64,000 nt of DNA from Alphaproteobacteria bacterium. Lineage in GTDB: Bacteria > Pseudomonadota > Alphaproteobacteria > UBA828. Below, one piece after another: positions 58,496 to 64,000 of the stretch. Both the position numbers and the translations under genes were made by a program. A model generated the notes under the pieces. That model did no database searches and was not told where the DNA came from. It saw only the letters and a program-made list of their open reading frames with translations. Within the stretch, counting starts at the first letter, position 1, and the number at the start of each line of letters is the position of its first letter. The stretch covers positions 3,392,001 through 3,456,000 of the forward strand of contig CBDEFM010000002.1 of assembly GCA_965237415.1 (NCBI GenBank), given 5' to 3'.

Positions 58496-59398
58496 TCACA
58501 CGTCGTATTCGAGGCCGATGTCGCGGTAGCGTTCGGGGTCCTCAAGCCAGCGCTGACGCACCTTCACGAAGAGCCTCAGGTCGATCGGGTAGCCCAGGAT
58601 TTGAGAGAGCTCGGCGCGGGCTGCCGTGCCGATTGCCTTGATCTGCCGCCCGCCCTTGCCGAGGACGATGCCCTTGTGCGTCTCCCTTTGCACGTAAATC
58701 ACCTGCTCGACTCTGACGCCCCCGCTGCGGGCACTGGCCCAGCCTTCGGTCTCGACCGCGACGGCGTAGGGGAGCTCCTGGCGCAGCTGCAGGAAGAGCT
58801 GCTCGCGCGTGATCTCGGCCGCCAGCAGGCGCTCCGATATGTCGGTGAGCTGGTCTTCGGGATAGAGCCAGGGGCCCGGCGGCATCCGCGCCTTGAGCAA
58901 GTCCAGAAGGTCGTCGACACCGTCGCCATCGAGCGCCGAGACCATGAAGATCTCAGCCGCGAGCCCGGTTTCCCCGACCCCCGCCGCGAGCGGCAACAGG
59001 GCGTGGCGCGGCACCAGGTCGATCTTGTTGAGGGCGACCAGGGTCTCGCGCCCAGTCTCCCGGAGCCGGTCGATGATCGCTCTGGTTTCGCCCGTCAGAC
59101 CGCGCCGCGCGTCCACCAGCAGCAGGATGGCGTCGGCGTCGCTGGCACCGCTCCAGGCGGCGTGGACCATCGCACGCTCGAAGCGGTGCCTCGCGGCGAA
59201 GATGCCGGGCGTGTCGACGAAGACGAGCTGAACCTCGTCCAGGACGCGGATCCCGCGCAACCGGCTCCGCGTTGTCTGGACCTTGGGCGAGACGATCGCG
59301 ACCTTGGTGCCCACCAGCCGGTTGACCAGGGTCGACTTGCCGACGTTGGGCGCCCCCAGAACGGCGACGAAGCCCGCGCGGGTGCCGCCCTCAGCCAT
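58496..59398 (-). CDS. era: GTPase Era
   Basis: GAPNVGKST, QTTR, DTPG, NKID, KH domain VLGKGG. Confidence 0.97.
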   Translation of the reverse strand: MAEGGTRAGFVAVLGAPNVGKSTLVNRLVGTKVAIVSPKVQTTRSRLRGIRVLDEVQLVFVDTPGIFAARHRFERAMVHAAWSGASDADAILLLVDARRGLTGETRAIIDRLRETGRETLVALNKIDLVPRHALLPLAAGVGETGLAAEIFMVSALDGDGVDDLLDLLKARMPPGPWLYPEDQLTDISERLLAAEITREQLFLQLRQELPYAVAVETEGWASARSGGVRVEQVIYVQRETHKGIVLGKGGRQIKAIGTAARAELSQILGYPIDLRLFVKVRQRWLEDPERYRDIGLEYDV

Positions 59399-60107
59399 CG
59401 CTGTTGTCTTCGTCACCGGCAATTCGCGAGAGCAGCGCGCCGGCGGCGCCTTGCTCTGCGGCGCGCTTGGTGGCGCCGGTGGCCACCACCCTGCCGAGCC
59501 CGGTGACCTCCGCCTCGACCTCGAAGACCGGTGCGTGGGCGGGGCCGCTAGAAGAGAGCGTGCGATAGACCGGGAGCCCGCGCGCCCTCGATTGCGTCCA
59601 TTCCTGGAGCCGGGTCTTGGCGTCGCGCGGGGGTTCGGGGTCGGCCGTCATCGCCGACTCCCAGTAGCGGCGGATGAAGCGTTCAGCAGCTTCGAGTCCG
59701 CCGTCGATATAGAGGGCGCCGATCACCGCCTCGCAGGCATCCGCGAGGTTCGCCGGATTGTCGCGCCCGCCGGCTGCGCCCTCGCCGCGGCCCAAGGCGA
59801 GCCGTGGGCCGAGCGAGAGCGAGCGGGCCACGCCCGCCAACGTCTCGCGGCGGACGAGCGCGGAGTAGCGTTGGGAGAGGGCACCCTCGGCTTCGTGCGG
59901 AAACGCCTCGTACAGCATGACCGCCACGACCATGCCGAGCACGCGGTCCCCCAGGAACTCCAGGCGTTGATTGCTGCCGGCTTGTGTGCCTACGCTTGGA
60001 TGGCGGAGCGCGAGCGCGAGCAGCGCCGGGCGCGCAAAGCGGTGGCCGAGCGCAGCTTCGAGAGGCTCCGGCGGTGCGGCGGCGGCCTCCGCCTCGGACG
60101 GCGAAAT
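59391..60107 (-). CDS. rnc: Ribonuclease III (no ATG/GTG/TTG upstream of the signature; probable ATT/ATA start)
   Basis: LGHRF...LALRHPS...NQRLEFLGDRVL, ADACEAVIGALYIDGG, dsRBD DAKTRLQEW. Confidence 0.93.
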   Translation of the reverse strand: MSPSEAEAAAAPPEPLEAALGHRFARPALLALALRHPSVGTQAGSNQRLEFLGDRVLGMVVAVMLYEAFPHEAEGALSQRYSALVRRETLAGVARSLSLGPRLALGRGEGAAGGRDNPANLADACEAVIGALYIDGGLEAAERFIRRYWESAMTADPEPPRDAKTRLQEWTQSRARGLPVYRTLSSSGPAHAPVFEVEAEVTGLGRVVATGATKRAAEQGAAGALLSRIAGDEDNSDG

Positions 60108-60124
60108 TATTGCGTCCCCGGGCG

Positions 60125-60892
60125 CTAGTCGATCGCCTTGAATATCCGCTCGCCGCGTGTTGCGTCCGGCCAGTTCCAGACCTCCCCGATGCTGACTCCG
60201 TCGGCCAGCGAATGGAAGATGAACTCGGCCCGGCCCACAAGATTTTCCAACGGGATAAATCCGACCGACGGCACGCGGCTGTCGAGCGAGTTGTCGCGAT
60301 TGTCGCCCATGGCGAAGTAGTGATCGGGGGGCACGGTGTAAATCTGCGTGTTGTCGAGGCTGCCCGTGGGCGTCGCGTCGAGGATCATGTGGGTCACGCC
60401 GTTGGGCAGCGTCTCGCGATATTGGCGGAGGACGCGCTCGCGGCCGTAGCGGTCCTTGTAGCTGTAGTCATCGACTCGTTCGCGCTCGACCGGCGTGCCG
60501 TTGATGTGGAGCACGCCCTTGAGGACCTGGATGCGGTCGCCGGGAAGGCCAATGATCCGCTTGATGTAGTCGGTCTCGTTGTCCCGGGGCAGCTTGAAGA
60601 CCGCGACGTCGCCCCGATCTGGTGGGCTTTCGATAATCCGCCCGTCGAACAGGTCGATGCTCCACGGCAGCGAGTACTGGCTGTACCCGTAGGCGTATTT
60701 CGAGACGAACAGATAGTCGCCGACCAGAAGCGTCGGAATCATCGAGCCCGACGGGATGTTGAAGGGCTCGATGGCGACGGTGCGCACGACCAACGCGGCG
60801 ATTACCGCATAGATCAGGGTCCGGACGGTATCCCACAGGCCGCCGGACCAATTCTTGGCCGTGTCCTTGCTTTGAGTCTTGGCGCGCCACAT
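60125..60892 (-). CDS. lepB: Signal peptidase I
   Basis: IPSGSMIPTL, DYIKRIIGLPGD, GDNRDNSLDSR. Confidence 0.97.
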   Translation of the reverse strand: MWRAKTQSKDTAKNWSGGLWDTVRTLIYAVIAALVVRTVAIEPFNIPSGSMIPTLLVGDYLFVSKYAYGYSQYSLPWSIDLFDGRIIESPPDRGDVAVFKLPRDNETDYIKRIIGLPGDRIQVLKGVLHINGTPVERERVDDYSYKDRYGRERVLRQYRETLPNGVTHMILDATPTGSLDNTQIYTVPPDHYFAMGDNRDNSLDSRVPSVGFIPLENLVGRAEFIFHSLADGVSIGEVWNWPDATRGERIFKAID

Positions 60893-60952
60893 GTGCGGTC
60901 GGTTCGGTTCCAGCTGGTCGCGGCCCGCGCCGCCCGCTGCCTCTCTTTGCCG

Positions 60953-61357
60953 TCAGTCGGTTGCAGGGATTGCCGTGATTACCACGATGGCCTGGGCGAT
61001 GGGGGGCTCATCGGTCAAGGTCACGTCGATCCGGCACCTCATGCCCGAAGGCGTGAGCGATTGCAAGCGCCTGAGCGCGCCGCCGGTCAGCTCGATGGTC
61101 GGCTGGCCGGAGGGAAGATTGACCACCGCCATATCGCGCCAGAAGACCCCGTTGCGAAGCCCCGTGCCGAGCGCCTTAGCGCAGGCTTCCTTGGCGGCGA
61201 AGCGGCGGGCGTAGGTCTCCTCCGGCCTCAGCCGGCGTTCGGCGCGGGCACGCTCCACTGCGGTGAAGACGCGGTGGGTGAAGCGCGCGCCGAAGCGGTC
61301 GAGCGTGGCCGCGATCCGCCTGATGTCGACGATGTCGGAGCCGAGACCCACGATCAT
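60953..61357 (-). CDS. acpS: Holo-ACP synthase
   Basis: [25 protein letters not shown]. Confidence 0.96.
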   Translation of the reverse strand: MIVGLGSDIVDIRRIAATLDRFGARFTHRVFTAVERARAERRLRPEETYARRFAAKEACAKALGTGLRNGVFWRDMAVVNLPSGQPTIELTGGALRRLQSLTPSGMRCRIDVTLTDEPPIAQAIVVITAIPATD

Positions 61358-61445
61358 CGGCCACGCTTGCGGCTCGGCGGCGGCGCTCATGATGCAGGCA
61401 TCCGGGTCGTTCCAGGCCGCCGGTCGCACCGCTTCGGGCGTGCCA

Positions 61446-62129
61446 TCAGCGGCCGCGGTCCCCCATCACCTGATCGAGGTGGGTCACGTTTGCGGCGACC
61501 GGCTCAGCGGCCTGGGGGGCGGCCTCGGGGATGGTGATGTCGTCCTCCACCTCCTGCGTCTGCTCGAGTCTGGCGCGGCGCTCCTCGTCGAGCGCGCGGA
61601 GCCGGCGCAAACGCCTGGCCTGTCGGTGGTGCTGGTAGTTACCCACCACCCGTCGGATCGGAAAGTAGATCAAAACCCACACGACCACCCCTGTCGGCAA
61701 GCCGCCCACCAGCATGGGCAGGAGCACCGTCTCCGGCTGCTCGAAAATGGTGCTGATCGTGAGCTCTTCGGGCAGCTCCTGCCCGCGCTCGTAACCGAGG
61801 ATCCACGTTCCGAGCCACATGATGCCCGCCCAGATGAAGGGGAAGGTCCACGGGTTGCCGACCGCGGTACCGATTGCCGACGCAATGATGTTGCCGCGCA
61901 GCACCCATGCGAGCATCGCAGCGAAGATGAAGTGAAAGCCGACAAAGGGCGTGAACGAGACCGCCGCGCCGCAGGCGAAGCCGCAGGCGATGGCGTAAGG
62001 CGAACCTTGCAGCCGCTTGAGCTTGAAGGTCCAGTACCTGAAAATCCGGCCCCAGCCCATGCGAGGCCACACGAACCGTCGGACGCGCGCCCATCGGCTC
62101 AGCTTCTCGCGTCGGCGGAACAGGCTCAA
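61446..62129 (-). CDS. DUF2062 membrane protein
   Basis: [29 protein letters not shown]. Confidence 0.88.
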   Translation of the reverse strand: MSLFRRREKLSRWARVRRFVWPRMGWGRIFRYWTFKLKRLQGSPYAIACGFACGAAVSFTPFVGFHFIFAAMLAWVLRGNIIASAIGTAVGNPWTFPFIWAGIMWLGTWILGYERGQELPEELTISTIFEQPETVLLPMLVGGLPTGVVVWVLIYFPIRRVVGNYQHHRQARRLRRLRALDEERRARLEQTQEVEDDITIPEAAPQAAEPVAANVTHLDQVMGDRGR

Positions 62130-62463
62130 GGGGGCCCTCGCGTCAGCCCGCGTTCGGCAGGAGTCTCCGCTCCGGCCGTGCGCGCCGCGCTGGGCCGTGA
62201 GCCGCCGACCGTCTCATCGCTTCCCTCCCAACCGCGGGTCCACCCTTCTTGTTTTTGTCCCCAAACCGGAGAGTTAGCCCAAGAAACGGCTGTCACGCAA
62301 GGTTTGCAGCATCCGTCCGCCCGGTCCTCAAATTAACGTTGGCGCGGATTGCCGACTGAGTCAGCGTTGCATTTAGTGTGTAATACTGTATATTGGGCTT
62401 TTAGGGCAAAACACTCCAAGATTTTGAACCGGTGTGCGCCCAGCACCGGACGGAGGATCGGTT

Positions 62464-62898
62464 ATGACAGCCTGGACACCGGAGAGGGTCGAGACCGTAA
62501 CCCGGCTGTGGAATGAGGGACTCACGACCGCCGAGATCGGGCGTGCGGTCGGCATGTCGAAGAATGCCGTCGTCGGCAAGGCGCATAGGCTTCAGCTCCC
62601 GCCGCGTCCGTCGCCGATCAGGCGCGGCACGAGCACCCCGAGCGTGCCGCGGGCGCCGAGCTATTCGAACGGGCGGCAATCGGCGAAGGCGCCGACTGGG
62701 GTCGTCGTTCGAGTCAAGCCAAGAGCGCCGCGACCGCCCCTCGCCGTCGGCAACGCAGCCTGCAAGTGGCCTATCGGTCACCCGGACGAGGCCGGTTTCC
62801 ATTTCTGCGGCGAGCACGCGCTGCTCGGCAAGCCCTACTGCCCGGAGCACTACAGCAAGGCCTACGTGGCTGTCAGGCCGCGCTCCGACGCAGCCTGA
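62464..62898 (+). CDS. gcrA: GcrA cell-cycle regulator
   Basis: WTPERVE...LWNEG...SKNAVVGKAHRL, CKWPIGHP...FCG...PYC..H. Confidence 0.93.
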   Translation: MTAWTPERVETVTRLWNEGLTTAEIGRAVGMSKNAVVGKAHRLQLPPRPSPIRRGTSTPSVPRAPSYSNGRQSAKAPTGVVVRVKPRAPRPPLAVGNAACKWPIGHPDEAGFHFCGEHALLGKPYCPEHYSKAYVAVRPRSDAA

Positions 62899-62925
62899 TC
62901 TGCGCTTTCCTCTGGCGGGGCGCCG

Positions 62926-63279
62926 CTACGACGCCGGCTGGTCTGACTCTCCCGCGGCAGCCAGCCGCTCGATCTCGGCGTCCATGCGGCCCTGCCACAT
63001 CAGCGCCCACATGTGAAAGTCGCCGGCCAGGCTGAACAGCGGATAGGTGAAGGTGGCCGGTCGGTTGCGCTCGATCAGGAGGTGGCTGAGCCAGGCGAAA
63101 AGGTAGCCGCAGACGAGCGCGGCCGGCAGCAACAGCGGCTCGCCTAAGACCGCAGCCACCACAACCAGAGCGACGGCGCCCGTCGTGCCGACGAAGTGTA
63201 GTCGGCGTGTTCCCGCCCGGCTGTGCTCGGCAACATAGTAGTGCCAGAAGGCTCGGTACCCACGAATTCGCTCGCTCAT
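62926..63279 (-). CDS. DUF962/Mpo1-like membrane protein
   Basis: FWHYYVAEHS, RRLHFVG, SHLLIERNRPATF. Confidence 0.9.
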   Translation of the reverse strand: MSERIRGYRAFWHYYVAEHSRAGTRRLHFVGTTGAVALVVVAAVLGEPLLLPAALVCGYLFAWLSHLLIERNRPATFTYPLFSLAGDFHMWALMWQGRMDAEIERLAAAGESDQPAS

Positions 63280-63565
63280 GGCGGCTGGACTATATAGCCC
63301 TGAGTCGCCGGGCGCTCGCCCCGCTCGCATCGCGAGCTCATGCGCGCGTTTCCGCGCGACGCTACGCGCCGAAGGCGCGCGGCGCGGTCGCGCCGTTGGG
63401 GACTGCGGCCCGATGCGCCGTGCGTTACGGTCGATGTCATCGCACGTATCGGACGTCATCTCGTCTTGCCTTATCCGTTTCGTTGCGTTTTCGGGCGATG
63501 TTTGTGATTCTACACCATAGTCCTTGGTTCTCGATCACGCGGCGAACCCCCGCGCAAGGGAGACC

Positions 63566-64000
63566 ATGCCCATGGCGGCGATGACCACACCGGTCTGCGA
63601 TTTCGGTTGGAAGGCGATCGACTTTCGGCTGGAAGGAACTGACGGCAAGATCCACACCCTCGCTGACTGCACCGGCGAGCGCGGCACGCTGGTGATGTTT
63701 CTTTGCAACCATTGCCCGTTCGTGAAGGCGGTCATCGACCGGATCGTGCAGGACGTGGACGAGCTCGGCTGCCACGGCATCGGCGCCGTCGCCATCATGC
63801 CGAACGACACCGCGGCCTACCCCGCCGATTCCTTCGACAACATGAAGCAGTTTGCTGCCGAGCACGGATTCGGCTTCCCTTACCTGATCGACCGGACTCA
63901 AGAGATCGCACGGGCCTACGACAGCGTGTGCACGCCGGACTTCTTCGGCTTCGACGGCAACCTCGGCCTGCAGTACCGGGGCCGGCTCGACGCCTCGCGG
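63566..64000 (+). CDS. Thioredoxin-family (AhpC/TSA-like) protein, runs off window end
   Basis: DFRLEGTDG, VMFLCNHCPFVK, YPADSF, VCTPDFFGF. Confidence 0.92.
   Translation, partial: MPMAAMTTPVCDFGWKAIDFRLEGTDGKIHTLADCTGERGTLVMFLCNHCPFVKAVIDRIVQDVDELGCHGIGAVAIMPNDTAAYPADSFDNMKQFAAEHGFGFPYLIDRTQEIARAYDSVCTPDFFGFDGNLGLQYRGRLDASR

Overview
High-GC alphaproteobacterial chromosome segment. GcrA, the acpS-lepB-rnc-era cluster and glyQS-ppdK support this; the gene repertoire resembles Rhodospirillales-like marine/sponge symbionts (inference). The window has three parts. (i) Core genes at 1.3-16.3 kb: ygfZ, ppdK, glyQS, TIGR04283/04282 glycosyltransferases, RidA, moaB, UDG, hydrolase, SDR. (ii) A heavily decayed mobile region at about 16.3-35.8 kb: truncated MobF relaxase fused back-to-back with a truncated acyl-CoA ligase, an orphan antitoxin, an intact rve transposase, fragments of IS1380/IS110/IS1111/IS21/IS256/IS3/IS1595, MITEs, a tyrosine integrase with a tRNA-like att remnant, an NCS2 permease with an extra C-terminal domain, broken catabolic genes and a surface metalloprotease lipoprotein. 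(iii) Mostly core genes at 35.8-64 kb: leuCD-like, mtnK, ptrB, CueR/CopA copper locus, era-rnc-lepB-acpS, gcrA. Part (iii) is interrupted by a complete 4105-bp IS1595 (ISNwi1-type) transposon with an 8-bp TSD carrying a single-chain restriction-modification gene. The most notable observations are a small unannotated ORF (ID[A/T]TPEE[I/L]A motif) found at two independent IS1595 ends, the NCS2-HATPase-like fusion present twice, and an rnc gene without a canonical start codon. No CRISPR array, rRNA or intact tRNA was found.
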